Shown: positions 47,353 through 57,230 of the stretch, one piece after another
Position numbering within the stretch: the first letter of the stretch is position 1
Layout: every line of letters starts with the position of its first letter
Origin: a virus
IMG/VR virus record: IMGVR_UViG_3300044957_000619
Strand: one strand, 5' to 3'
Length of the DNA stretch: 64,000 bases
Notes under the pieces: generated by a model
Seen by the model: only the letters and a program-made list of their open reading frames with translations
Databases searched by the model: none
What the model was told of the DNA's origin: nothing
Made by a program: the position numbers and the translations under genes

Positions 47353-48417
47353 TCAATCCTGCGGTTTTTTTGTTACTTTAGTGTTTAATTGGCTGCCTAA
47401 TACGAATAATTTATTTTGGTGAAAATTTGCAATTGCCGGTGATAAGCGATCATTGCGACATTTTAAAATAGGTGCTAATTCATCGGCAGCTTCTAAAAAC
47501 AACGTTTCATTTGATTTGATTATCATACCCCACCAATTAACTGATGTAATTTTTTCAACAACCATTTTATCTACAATATTACAAAATGCATGAATCATGG
47601 TATCTAAATTATCATCCAATTGATAAAATGATTGTAGTTTTTTGCTTATGTTTTGTAACATTGGAATATCTGATTCGTCACCTAATTTGATAATACGACG
47701 AATATCCGTTTCGGTTTTTTCTGTATCTAAAAAATCTAAAACTGAATTAATTTGTTCTCGACCTTTCGATTTGCTAATATCCTGGCCAGTTAATAGTTTT
47801 GCCATTTCTAAAAAACTATTTAACAATTGTACACCTTCGGAAGATAATGACCCAAAATCGAAAGTGATCTTTTCATAGTTTTTCAATGAAACTGTTTGAT
47901 CGCCGACTTCGATATCTGCTTCAATTCCCGATTCGCCAGCGACTGCCCCTTTAACTAATCCGCCATATGAAATTGCAAACCATAATTCTGATTCATCGCC
48001 GTTTGGAATTTTGATTGTATTTTTGATTATATTATATAATGTACTATAAACTCCTCGAATTGGCACAACGCCAGTCGCTAATCGCATTTTTACCGGTCCG
48101 GTAATTAAATCAATTAATTGATCAGATTCATTACTACTCATAACAGCGTCATACATAGCAGGCAGTCCGATTATTTGTTGTCCTTCAACGCTAAACTTTG
48201 TTTTAATATATTGTTCAAATGATGCAGCATTATTAAATAAATCTGCCGTTGCTTCTGTAATACCTTGAGCTCGATTAACAATATGTTGAGCTTCAAGTGG
48301 TGAGAGGTCTGTCATTTCTAAAATGATATCATATAACATTTTGTAATCTCGAGATTGCGTTGGATATCCTTTTGGTAATCTGTAACTCCATTCTGTAAGT
48401 ATTGAATCTATAGTCAT
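47353..48417 (-). CDS. hypothetical protein, possibly PD-(D/E)XK-like; possible internal head protein
   Basis: leader MTIDSILTEWSYR..KGYP; E...ADIEV....SLK pattern. Confidence 0.5.
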   Translation of the reverse strand: MTIDSILTEWSYRLPKGYPTQSRDYKMLYDIILEMTDLSPLEAQHIVNRAQGITEATADLFNNAASFEQYIKTKFSVEGQQIIGLPAMYDAVMSSNESDQLIDLITGPVKMRLATGVVPIRGVYSTLYNIIKNTIKIPNGDESELWFAISYGGLVKGAVAGESGIEADIEVGDQTVSLKNYEKITFDFGSLSSEGVQLLNSFLEMAKLLTGQDISKSKGREQINSVLDFLDTEKTETDIRRIIKLGDESDIPMLQNISKKLQSFYQLDDNLDTMIHAFCNIVDKMVVEKITSVNWWGMIIKSNETLFLEAADELAPILKCRNDRLSPAIANFHQNKLFVLGSQLNTKVTKKPQD

Positions 48418-49736
48418 AATGAGATAGTTTTCATTTTATCATAAATATCGCCAACTTTACATTTTACCGGCAAATTTCCTTGTTCTAACACGTTCTTGAT
48501 TGCAGGAAGCAATTCTCGAGCTTCATCATAATTCATATCAAAAAGTATAGAATCATACGTATAAAGCACAATGCAACTTTGTGCACCATGCAGTAATTCT
48601 TGTACTTGTTGCAATTTTCTTACGGATACTTCGGTTTCAATGGCCTGCAAATAGTAATTAAACAATTTAAATGCTGTCATGTTTTGAACTGCATCTTTGC
48701 ATATACTACGTTTTGTAATGGGCGTATAAATACAACCCGCACGTTTCCATTTATCCCACAATACGTACACAAAATCATTTACTTTGCGAAAAAATGGTAT
48801 TGATAAAAATTCTGCATCAATACCTCCGTACAATAAACGAAATGTTATAGCTTTGCTTTCTGCACGTTGTTCTTCTGTTAACGTTTCTGTATCAAAATAG
48901 AATCGGCCTAAATAATCATGTATAGATGATTCTGGTAATTTGTATCTAATAGCTGCTGCAATCAATCTAACATGATATGAATCAAAATCCATTTCAACCA
49001 ATGCACCTCGTTCAAATCTACTACAAAATGCTGCTCGAGTACCATCTTCTTTGTTCATTGCCGCAAAATTAAAACCGCCAAATGCATTGCTCGGTCGACC
49101 TGTGGTTGTATGATAATGATAATTAGAATACACTCGTCCATCATGAATCAATTCCGGCATACGAAATGCATCATTAACTGCTAATCCTGCTTGTTCTATT
49201 TTAGCAAATACTTCCGGATACACTGCATTGAACTGCAAATATGATGGTGTTAATTCTGCATTTGCACACATTGGCCAAGCATAGTGTCGAATCTTCTGAC
49301 ACATTGCTAAATGTTGTTGCAAAGGCACAATGCTATTAACTGCTGGTAAATTAGTGTGTCGGCGCCAATAAAAGCGATGAGCTGCAGTTGGATAATGAGA
49401 TTCATCATATGCTTCGGAGTATGTATACCACCACAACGTCTTAACATCCCATACAGACCCATTACCTCCCGTTTGAAGCCATTGCTTCTTGTCATGAACA
49501 AAGATATTCTCTAATGCTAAAAACTCCGGGACAATCTCAGTAAAGCCCCTTAGTTGTTCAGAATGACGAAATGGAATTATGCGTTCTATGTCATCTTCTG
49601 TATAAATGTACACAGCACATAACATATTCACTGCAACATGTTTCGTAGGACTACAGAATATAGGTACTAGCAAAGTTTTGCGACTCTGAATAAAGTTCAA
49701 GGTGGCTCGTGCATCTTCTATAGTATCCACAATCAT
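48414..49736 (-). CDS. family A DNA polymerase-like protein (polymerase domain, no 5' nuclease)
   Basis: TTTGRPS, motif A MDFDSYHVRL, motif B SKAITFRLLYG, motif C YTYDSILFD. Confidence 0.8.
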   Translation of the reverse strand: MIVDTIEDARATLNFIQSRKTLLVPIFCSPTKHVAVNMLCAVYIYTEDDIERIIPFRHSEQLRGFTEIVPEFLALENIFVHDKKQWLQTGGNGSVWDVKTLWWYTYSEAYDESHYPTAAHRFYWRRHTNLPAVNSIVPLQQHLAMCQKIRHYAWPMCANAELTPSYLQFNAVYPEVFAKIEQAGLAVNDAFRMPELIHDGRVYSNYHYHTTTGRPSNAFGGFNFAAMNKEDGTRAAFCSRFERGALVEMDFDSYHVRLIAAAIRYKLPESSIHDYLGRFYFDTETLTEEQRAESKAITFRLLYGGIDAEFLSIPFFRKVNDFVYVLWDKWKRAGCIYTPITKRSICKDAVQNMTAFKLFNYYLQAIETEVSVRKLQQVQELLHGAQSCIVLYTYDSILFDMNYDEARELLPAIKNVLEQGNLPVKCKVGDIYDKMKTISL

Positions 49737-49742
49737 ATATGA

Positions 49743-49771
49743 ATAATAAGAAAAAAATGTTAAGAATCCAA
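49743..49771 (-). promoter_or_regulatory. class A promoter TTGGAT-N17-TATTAT upstream of the polA-like gene
   Basis: 17 nt spacer; ATG 6 nt downstream. Confidence 0.6.
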
Positions 49772-50392
49772 GCCGTTGATGTCTATGGGTACAGAATAAT
49801 CTGTATCAGTATAAAACTCTGTTAGATTTGTTAGAATTAAAGATAGATCTGGTATAACTAAACTTGCATTTGAAATTGCTTCTTTATTTTTTGACATGGA
49901 ACCTGGAATAAAAACTCCGCGCATTGTTATATCTTCAATGTTTCCTGTAATAAACCATTGAAGTTGTGTTGCAACGTGCATTTTTTTATCAATCGTATTT
50001 GCCGACCACTTTTCATATGTTGATTGATTTATTTCTAAAACTGTTGGATCGTTAATTCGTTGAATAAAATATCGAGTAATATAACCATTAGTAATATCAG
50101 CTTTCGTAACAGTCGGACTAGATGCATATGGAGTTTGATATTGAACGTTAATATCTGGTTTTAACAATCGATATTGAGCCGTTGCGGTATTATAATTTAT
50201 AAGTGGAAGTAATCGTTTTGATATTTTATTATTCCATACAGAATTCGTATATCGTTCGCCCGTTGTATATGCATGATATGCACCAATATATTCTACGCGA
50301 TCGTCAGTCATGAATTCACTACCACTCGTATACAAATTGTTAGTGATTTCATCTGCCGTATAAAATGTTTTTAATCTAGCCATATTATTCAA
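49760..50392 (-). CDS. conserved virion/baseplate-region protein
   Basis: NLYTSGSEF...YIGAYH, GYITRYF; last gene of the tail operon. Confidence 0.55.
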   Translation of the reverse strand: MNNMARLKTFYTADEITNNLYTSGSEFMTDDRVEYIGAYHAYTTGERYTNSVWNNKISKRLLPLINYNTATAQYRLLKPDINVQYQTPYASSPTVTKADITNGYITRYFIQRINDPTVLEINQSTYEKWSANTIDKKMHVATQLQWFITGNIEDITMRGVFIPGSMSKNKEAISNASLVIPDLSLILTNLTEFYTDTDYSVPIDINGLDS

Positions 50393-52643
50393 TACTTGGT
50401 CGTTGTATACATGTTATTTGAGTTTTCCATTCTCCTTGATTTGATACAGTATGGTTAATACTTATTATACTAAATACCGTATTAACACGATATTTTGTAG
50501 GTAATGCATCAAATGTTAAAACATCTCCATATCGAAATCCATTAATACCATCAATTGTAAAATTTACAGTAAATGGAAATATTGGAGCAGTAAGTAAATT
50601 AGTATTTTTAATATCATCTGTTGGATATTGAACATATTTTTTTAGTGCTTTAATTAATTCAGCTTGCACTGATGGCACATCGGGTGATTGTCCAAATTTA
50701 GTTTTTGCATCTGATAACTCTTTAGCAGCTCGAACATGTTGTTGATTATATTGTGCTAAAATTCGATTCACAGCATCAACATTTTTTCCATTATACATAA
50801 AATTTAAATATGGAGCAATGTCTTCTTCCGATACATCTGAACTAGAATTTAAAACATATGATAGATTTTTTGCAGATTCTGGTAATTTTGCATCGAATTG
50901 AAAATCATGTACAATTGTACCATACGGATGATTTGCAAACATCGGTACTGAAAATGGTATTACTTTTGTAGTATCAGCCGGTGTTCGTATAAATTTACTA
51001 TCTGTTAAAAACAATTTGGAGGTATCATATGGATATGTGACGAGCGTTAAATTAATAGAATTACCTGATGCTTCTAGTATTTTTTCACATAGTTTGCTAA
51101 TAAAAACAGATACTGAAAAAGATTGTGTATTTTTTTGACTTAAATTATTAACTAACGATTCAATTGTTTCTAAATTTATGAATATTCTAGAAGGATATAT
51201 CTTACCTGACCCATCTGGACTTTTTTCATAAACTCCAGGCCATTCTTTAAATAAACCTTTTTGTTGCAATACGGCCGAATTAACGGCATTTTCATCTATC
51301 TGTTTAATTACATCATTATAATATACCAAATTGCCATATACATTATAATCTTGCGGCACATCTATAACTAATACACTTGCATTAATATTTGGATTTTTTG
51401 GTAAAAATAGTATTTCATCCGGATTAGCAGATACTAATAATGGATGATAAACACTAAAACATTCAATATCCGTACAAATTATTTGAGCCCCAGGTAGTTT
51501 AGATAAAACATAACTATTAATATGCTGAATTAATGCACCTAATGTTATATATCTAGAATCATTAGATAGTGTTGTTGGATTAGTTGGTACCGTGTTAACA
51601 TTTGCCACTGACGGTAAAATTTGTTGAAATGCTGAAAATTGTTCGCCTTTTAAAATAAAATGATCTGTTGCTGCAGGAGATGGTAATTTTGCATCAATAT
51701 ATGGAATTAAAAATTTAGTTAATTTTGGTGCTGCCGGATCTGCAGCTTTAAATTGACCAATTAGTTCTTCAAATCTATCGTATAATATACCATAAAATTC
51801 TTTTGAGTTAGTGTCTGGTATTGTTGCTGCAATTGCAGTCCCAGAATCAGCTTCTGCAGTGCCAGCTTTTGCTGTATCAATATACATTGAAAGATTTGTA
51901 TATACATTACTAGTACCGGTTAGATTAACATCTACTTCGATAGTACCATCTTTAGTATAAGAAAAAGAAAATGATGTAATTAAACCTTCAAATACAAATC
52001 TACGCATTTCGCGCGCTTCTTGTTCTAGTTCTTGAATGTTCCAGTCTGGATATAAACTTTTTAATTTTTCACGATTTGGTATAACTAGTTTAGTTAATAA
52101 TCCATAATTCGTATTTACTCCAGATGCAATCGCAGTCGATGGGTGTACTATTTCAATTCTAGCATATCTGCCTGGACGCATCCATGTTTCTTCAAATATG
52201 TCCAAATCTCGATCTGGGTTAGGTATTACGGTTCGGAATGATGCCTTATTCAAAAGTCCCATTGAATGGTCTCCAATTGATACATCTACTGTAGTAATAA
52301 ATGGACCTGTTCTAGTACTATTATCTGTCCACGTTGACCCCGATAATGATGCCTGTCCCGTTACCGAATTAAATGCTAATTCAGAACGACTATATTTTCT
52401 GTTTGGCATTAAATATCCATCTGGGCCTGTTGGTAAATAACGCCCTTCTCGTACAGTATTGCCGCCCAATCTACCTACTAATGTAGATTTAGAACTAGTT
52501 GTTTCATATGCACTGATTTCAACATTTGCAATTTTAGATAACATAAAATTTAATGAATCATTATCTCGTACGAGAAATGATTGTCCTCGTGCTCGTAACT
52601 CTGTTATTAAATTTTTATCAACCTCTGAATAAAATATGTTCAT
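50385..52643 (-). CDS. putative baseplate hub / tail protein
   Basis: C-terminal FTIDGINGFRYGD...F.I..I.H......W.T hub-like pattern; position after the LysM/gp53-like gene. Confidence 0.6.
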   Translation of the reverse strand: MNIFYSEVDKNLITELRARGQSFLVRDNDSLNFMLSKIANVEISAYETTSSKSTLVGRLGGNTVREGRYLPTGPDGYLMPNRKYSRSELAFNSVTGQASLSGSTWTDNSTRTGPFITTVDVSIGDHSMGLLNKASFRTVIPNPDRDLDIFEETWMRPGRYARIEIVHPSTAIASGVNTNYGLLTKLVIPNREKLKSLYPDWNIQELEQEAREMRRFVFEGLITSFSFSYTKDGTIEVDVNLTGTSNVYTNLSMYIDTAKAGTAEADSGTAIAATIPDTNSKEFYGILYDRFEELIGQFKAADPAAPKLTKFLIPYIDAKLPSPAATDHFILKGEQFSAFQQILPSVANVNTVPTNPTTLSNDSRYITLGALIQHINSYVLSKLPGAQIICTDIECFSVYHPLLVSANPDEILFLPKNPNINASVLVIDVPQDYNVYGNLVYYNDVIKQIDENAVNSAVLQQKGLFKEWPGVYEKSPDGSGKIYPSRIFINLETIESLVNNLSQKNTQSFSVSVFISKLCEKILEASGNSINLTLVTYPYDTSKLFLTDSKFIRTPADTTKVIPFSVPMFANHPYGTIVHDFQFDAKLPESAKNLSYVLNSSSDVSEEDIAPYLNFMYNGKNVDAVNRILAQYNQQHVRAAKELSDAKTKFGQSPDVPSVQAELIKALKKYVQYPTDDIKNTNLLTAPIFPFTVNFTIDGINGFRYGDVLTFDALPTKYRVNTVFSIISINHTVSNQGEWKTQITCIQRPSIE

Positions 52644-52645
52644 TC

Positions 52646-52942
52646 TTATCTTATATTTACATTATTAATTATTTGTTGATAGTTTGATTTACTTGGAATT
52701 CGCAATGGTCTATTTGCCGGGACCATTAATGAACCTCTACCTAAACCATTTGCTGCAGCAATTATCCACCATAATGTAGGATCTTGATAAAAACGATATG
52801 CTAGATTGTCTAATCGTTCTACGCTAGTAGTTCGTATAAATATATCTGCTGGTGATAATGGCAATGCTGGAATTATTGTAGATGCAAATCTACGTTTTTC
52901 GTTGACATCTTGAATTGTTTGTGTTGTGCTATATCTACTCAT
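52646..52942 (-). CDS. LysM-like baseplate wedge protein (gp53/tail X-like)
   Basis: RLDNLAYRFYQDPTLWWIIAAAN...LRIP. Confidence 0.8.
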   Translation of the reverse strand: MSRYSTTQTIQDVNEKRRFASTIIPALPLSPADIFIRTTSVERLDNLAYRFYQDPTLWWIIAAANGLGRGSLMVPANRPLRIPSKSNYQQIINNVNIR

Positions 52943-52948
52943 AAAATT

Positions 52949-55357
52949 TTAATTTGAAAAATTAATTAAACCAGTATTATTAACTACTGAATTTATGTCG
53001 CGTTTCCGGGGTTCGTATGTGGTAAGTTTCACTGCTTTATCTACCGTTTTATCTTTTTCCAATTTAAATGTTTCTTGTTGTTTCATTTCAACAACGGTAT
53101 TAACATTATCTCTAAAATCACTTAACCAGTTATCACTTCCTCGTTTTGGTGTGCCTGTTTCATCAAATCGTTTAGCCAATGTATAGAAACGACCACCTTT
53201 CTGCGGCATATAATCACTAATCATATTAAATTGTAACGAAACGCCGATTTTTAATGGCACTTGCATCATGGTTGGATCTTCTTCAATGTTAATTTCCCAT
53301 GGAGCATCCATTGCAAATTGATATGATAATGACGTTAACGTTACTGGTTGTTGTACAAATAAATCTCCAATTGTAATTCGCATCCATGAGGCAATCATTG
53401 CAATTGATTCCGGGTCATATGTTGGTGCAGTATACCCAGCAAGTGCGTTTAATTTACGCCAAATTGGTTTTACTTCATCTCTATCAGTTGCATAAATATC
53501 AAATGATACACTAACATCGCGCGTCATTCCTGTATATATGTAATTTGGATCTGCTCGACCTATCATTGTTACGGGAGTCCAATTGGATTGAAATGAATCA
53601 TCTAAATTTGTTATGTGTGCCCTAAATACAATAATGTCATCAGCATTTGGATCATCTAAAAAATTAGAAAGATACCCGTCTGGATCTGCAAACGCATCTC
53701 GGCCTTGGAGCCCATTATGTAATTTAGGTCCTGTTAGATAAAACTTTATAAAATCTTGCGTTAATGATTGTTTATCAAAAAGCTCTAATGCTCGTTTAGG
53801 TTTCCATCGATATGCATCTTTAAGTGTGCGTTTACCAAAATCAATAACTGTAACTTTGTCTCCCCGAAATGGTGTTACTAATTCGGTTGGATTGAGTGTT
53901 GGGCCCCAACGGCCGCGATCTAAAAGTACACTTTTATATAATATATTTCCGTTTGCATCTCGTTCAGTAAATGAATATGGAGTTATTTTTGTTCGCCATA
54001 CTGTAGCTACATGACTTCGTATAGTAAAATCGTTTCGGAATGCATCTGGATTATCGTGATCTCCATAACCATACCCAGTATTACCAAAACCATCTAAATT
54101 AAATACGCTATATGGACCAACGGGCGTTGCGGCAGCTGCTGCATACGCTATAGATTTCCATGATTTTTCCATACCCAAACGTGTTGATGCAGCCAAACCA
54201 TCAATTCTTCTACTAGTAAAATATGCAATTGTTTGATTTGTAGTTTGAAATGTTGAATTAGTTTCATTAAACAAATCGCCTTCTGGAAACGTAAACGTAG
54301 ATCTAAAATCTGGATACTTTATCCATTGTCTAATTCCTTGTCGCGTTAAACGATCTTTAGCTAATGTTAAATAAGAATTAGTTGAATCAAACATTCCTGC
54401 AGCTGTTTGACCTACTTGACCAATTTGTGGTATTCCTGATATAGATCCTAGCAATGACGATGCATATCCAATTGCATTTCCTACTATGCTTTTAGGCGTA
54501 ATGTTTGTATTAATTCCAACAGCAGGATCTACGTTAATTTTTGGAGAAAAATTATTTGTAAATTGTGATATAAATACCTGCTCATTTGTAAATTCATTTG
54601 TTCCAACAACCCCAGGATTTTCAGAGCCAGGTGCGTAAGTATTATTAACTAATGTTGGATTTGCTTGAGACTGCGATAATGCAGGAAATCCACCTTGTTG
54701 TACTCCATTAAATGGATTAGGAATAAAATCATTGCTTGATGTATAATTAAATGTTGGTTCAGTTCCTAGTACAGTTGTGGGAGTAAATTGCGTCGATGCA
54801 ATAGTTGGATTAGGAATAAAATCATTGCTTGATGTATAATTAAATGTTGGTTCAGTTCCTAGTACAGTTGTGGGAGTAAATTGCGTCGATGCAATAGTTG
54901 GATTAGGAATAAAATCATTGCTTGATGTATAATTAAACGTATCATATTGCCCTAATGTTAATGATTGCGTAAATTGTTGCATCGATGGCAACATGGTATT
55001 AGGTGTTATGATATCATTGCTTGTTACATAGTTAAATGTATCATATTGTCCCAATGTAATAGGTTGAGAAAACTGTGCAATGCCTATAGTTGGATTTGTA
55101 TATATCGTATCTGGCAATATGTTATATGTATTAAATTGTCCCAATACTAACGGTGTTGCAAATTGTGCAGGTGCATTTATAGTTGCATTTGTAAATATCG
55201 TATCTGGTAAAATATTATACGTATCATATTGTCCTAATATTAAAGGCGTCGTGAATTGTGATAAAGCTACATTTGTAGGATTAGTATATATCATATCCGG
55301 TATAATATTATACGGAGCATTAAATTGTGATGGTGCTTGCGTAGTTGGATTGATCAT
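52949..55357 (-). CDS. tail tube initiator/baseplate protein with repetitive N-terminal extension
   Basis: C-terminal FRAHIT...D.F...W.....GRAD...Y...TR.VS.SF (gp48/gp54-like); N-terminal ~30 aa repeats. Confidence 0.65.
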   Translation of the reverse strand: MINPTTQAPSQFNAPYNIIPDMIYTNPTNVALSQFTTPLILGQYDTYNILPDTIFTNATINAPAQFATPLVLGQFNTYNILPDTIYTNPTIGIAQFSQPITLGQYDTFNYVTSNDIITPNTMLPSMQQFTQSLTLGQYDTFNYTSSNDFIPNPTIASTQFTPTTVLGTEPTFNYTSSNDFIPNPTIASTQFTPTTVLGTEPTFNYTSSNDFIPNPFNGVQQGGFPALSQSQANPTLVNNTYAPGSENPGVVGTNEFTNEQVFISQFTNNFSPKINVDPAVGINTNITPKSIVGNAIGYASSLLGSISGIPQIGQVGQTAAGMFDSTNSYLTLAKDRLTRQGIRQWIKYPDFRSTFTFPEGDLFNETNSTFQTTNQTIAYFTSRRIDGLAASTRLGMEKSWKSIAYAAAAATPVGPYSVFNLDGFGNTGYGYGDHDNPDAFRNDFTIRSHVATVWRTKITPYSFTERDANGNILYKSVLLDRGRWGPTLNPTELVTPFRGDKVTVIDFGKRTLKDAYRWKPKRALELFDKQSLTQDFIKFYLTGPKLHNGLQGRDAFADPDGYLSNFLDDPNADDIIVFRAHITNLDDSFQSNWTPVTMIGRADPNYIYTGMTRDVSVSFDIYATDRDEVKPIWRKLNALAGYTAPTYDPESIAMIASWMRITIGDLFVQQPVTLTSLSYQFAMDAPWEINIEEDPTMMQVPLKIGVSLQFNMISDYMPQKGGRFYTLAKRFDETGTPKRGSDNWLSDFRDNVNTVVEMKQQETFKLEKDKTVDKAVKLTTYEPRKRDINSVVNNTGLINFSN
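54713..54937. repeat. 93 bp tandem repeat (~2.4 copies) within a longer degenerate array reaching ~55340
   Basis: ggattaggaat recurs at 54714, 54807 and 54900; unit FNYTSSNDFIPNPTIASTQFTPTTVLGTEPT. Confidence 0.9.
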
Positions 55358-55361
55358 GATA

Positions 55362-56993
55362 TTATCCGTAATATGAATTTGTTAAACCTCGACCAAATAC
55401 TGGATCAGCTTTTAATTCTCGAGTTTGATTGTTAATTGCATTCACTATGGCCGCAGCCATTTGTGCAACTGCTTGACTGTTACTACCATTAGAACCGCCA
55501 AATAAATTTGTACCGCCGACTACTAAATCATTATCATTGATTGACATTGCACCAGCTGGACCTAATAACATTCTGCCAGTGCCTCCAAATGATGCAAAGT
55601 CATCAGCTTCGTCAGCTGCAACAACTGCAACTGGTAATGGATTTGTTTTACTAATTGATTTACCACCACCAATAACATCTAAAAATGCGTCGCCGATGAT
55701 ACCGGGCAAGCTTTTTATTGCTGTAGCCGTTTTTAATGCTGTATTTATAGCTGCTGCACCATATGCTGTTTTGACGCCTGATTGTAAAGTTGAAGCTGCG
55801 TACTGTGCTGTGCCAATTCTAAGTCCACGTTGGTCCGCTGCAATTGCTTCAGAACTCACACCGGTATCTAATATAGCCTTTATGCCTCCAGTTACTAATT
55901 GATCTTCAATATCTTTTAATATTTTCTCAGTTGAACGTTGATCATCTGCTTCGAGTGTTGCAGCAATTGCTGCAGCATTTGTTGCAGTTGATACTGTAGC
56001 AAGTTGGGCCATTAATGCATCCCCAGTAAGACCAAATAAGTCTTTTGCTCCGGGTAAATCTTGAATTGCTTCATATTTTTGAAGCATTGTAGATAACGTT
56101 GCTTCATCTATGCCCATTAATTCAGCCATTTTTTGTCGAGCAAACATATTTTGCCGCAATGTTTTGCCTTCTTTCTGAAGTATTTCATACATTATATCAG
56201 CTTGTTTGGTTGAATTTCCTTGTAATTCTGCCATACGATATTGATTGGTTAAACTTTCTCCATTATTATCAACTAATCGGCGACCAGTTAATAATTGATA
56301 CTCCATTTCTTGACCGATACTTGATTCAATATTTAATAAATTTTGTCCTGCACTGTGCAATGTAGACATTGAAATACCAAGTTGTTTGGCTTTAATTACA
56401 GATAATTCTAATTGTCCTGGCATCCGGTCGTATTGAATTTGTATATCTGAAGTTAAATTTGCAACATCCGTTAATGTTTCTGTTGTTAATTCAATACCAC
56501 CTAAGCTAGCTTCTATTGCATTGGTTATCGCAACGCGTTTAGCAATTTCATCGTCTGCATTTTTTCCAGCGCGATATGATGCTTGAATCAATTTATTTGT
56601 TGCCGTCCCCGTTAACCCGTAATTTTTTAATAGCATATCACTTGCTTTGATCAATGATTTACCAAACGTATTGGTAGCTAAATCATTTAAAGTTGCAAAT
56701 GGGCCAATCAAACCTTTAAGATTTTGGGTGATTGCGCGCATAGCATCGCCACCTATGCCGAAACTTGCAGCTGCTCTATCCATGGATTCGCCCAATTTAG
56801 CTGCTTGTATTACAGTTAGGTTGAATGATTTGGCTAGATCGGCATTTCGACGTTCGATAACATCATATGCTTTAGTTAAGTCTGTTACTTGGTTGTACGC
56901 GGTTTGCAATGCACCTATAGAACGATCCATTGCAAGACCTCTTTGAGCATTTGCTAAATTAGTTAAGTCACTAATAAGACCACCACCGGGCAT
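55362..56993 (-). CDS. tape measure protein
   Basis: helical, Ala/Gln-rich; LLNIESSI..EME.QLLTG; follows tube and chaperone genes. Confidence 0.7.
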   Translation of the reverse strand: MPGGGLISDLTNLANAQRGLAMDRSIGALQTAYNQVTDLTKAYDVIERRNADLAKSFNLTVIQAAKLGESMDRAAASFGIGGDAMRAITQNLKGLIGPFATLNDLATNTFGKSLIKASDMLLKNYGLTGTATNKLIQASYRAGKNADDEIAKRVAITNAIEASLGGIELTTETLTDVANLTSDIQIQYDRMPGQLELSVIKAKQLGISMSTLHSAGQNLLNIESSIGQEMEYQLLTGRRLVDNNGESLTNQYRMAELQGNSTKQADIMYEILQKEGKTLRQNMFARQKMAELMGIDEATLSTMLQKYEAIQDLPGAKDLFGLTGDALMAQLATVSTATNAAAIAATLEADDQRSTEKILKDIEDQLVTGGIKAILDTGVSSEAIAADQRGLRIGTAQYAASTLQSGVKTAYGAAAINTALKTATAIKSLPGIIGDAFLDVIGGGKSISKTNPLPVAVVAADEADDFASFGGTGRMLLGPAGAMSINDNDLVVGGTNLFGGSNGSNSQAVAQMAAAIVNAINNQTRELKADPVFGRGLTNSYYG

Positions 56994-57031
56994 AATTTAC
57001 TTCTTTAATAATAAATATATGATTTATTTTT

Positions 57032-57230
57032 TTATGTTGTTTTCTTTGATTTTGCAACAACCTTACGAGATTCGGTTATTTCATTGATTTTTTTAATCCA
57101 AAAATTTCGTAAAAAAATAGGCATATTGTAAACAGTATCCCAATCCCAACGGCCTTCGCCGAACCAAATCATATTAAAAATAGTATCATGTAATTGAATG
57201 CGATATGTAGAATCAAAACCAAAAAAGGTC
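57032..57230 (-). CDS. tail assembly chaperone C-terminal extension, probably frameshift-expressed
   Basis: FFGFDSTYRIQLHDTIF...WDTVYNMPIFLR.FW overlaps the end of the upstream ORF at a T-run; no convincing start of its own. Confidence 0.6.

Noticed and set aside
54713-54937. Tandem repeats as a possible CRISPR array
   Set aside because: The 93 bp units are contiguous, in-frame and coding, with no unique spacers.
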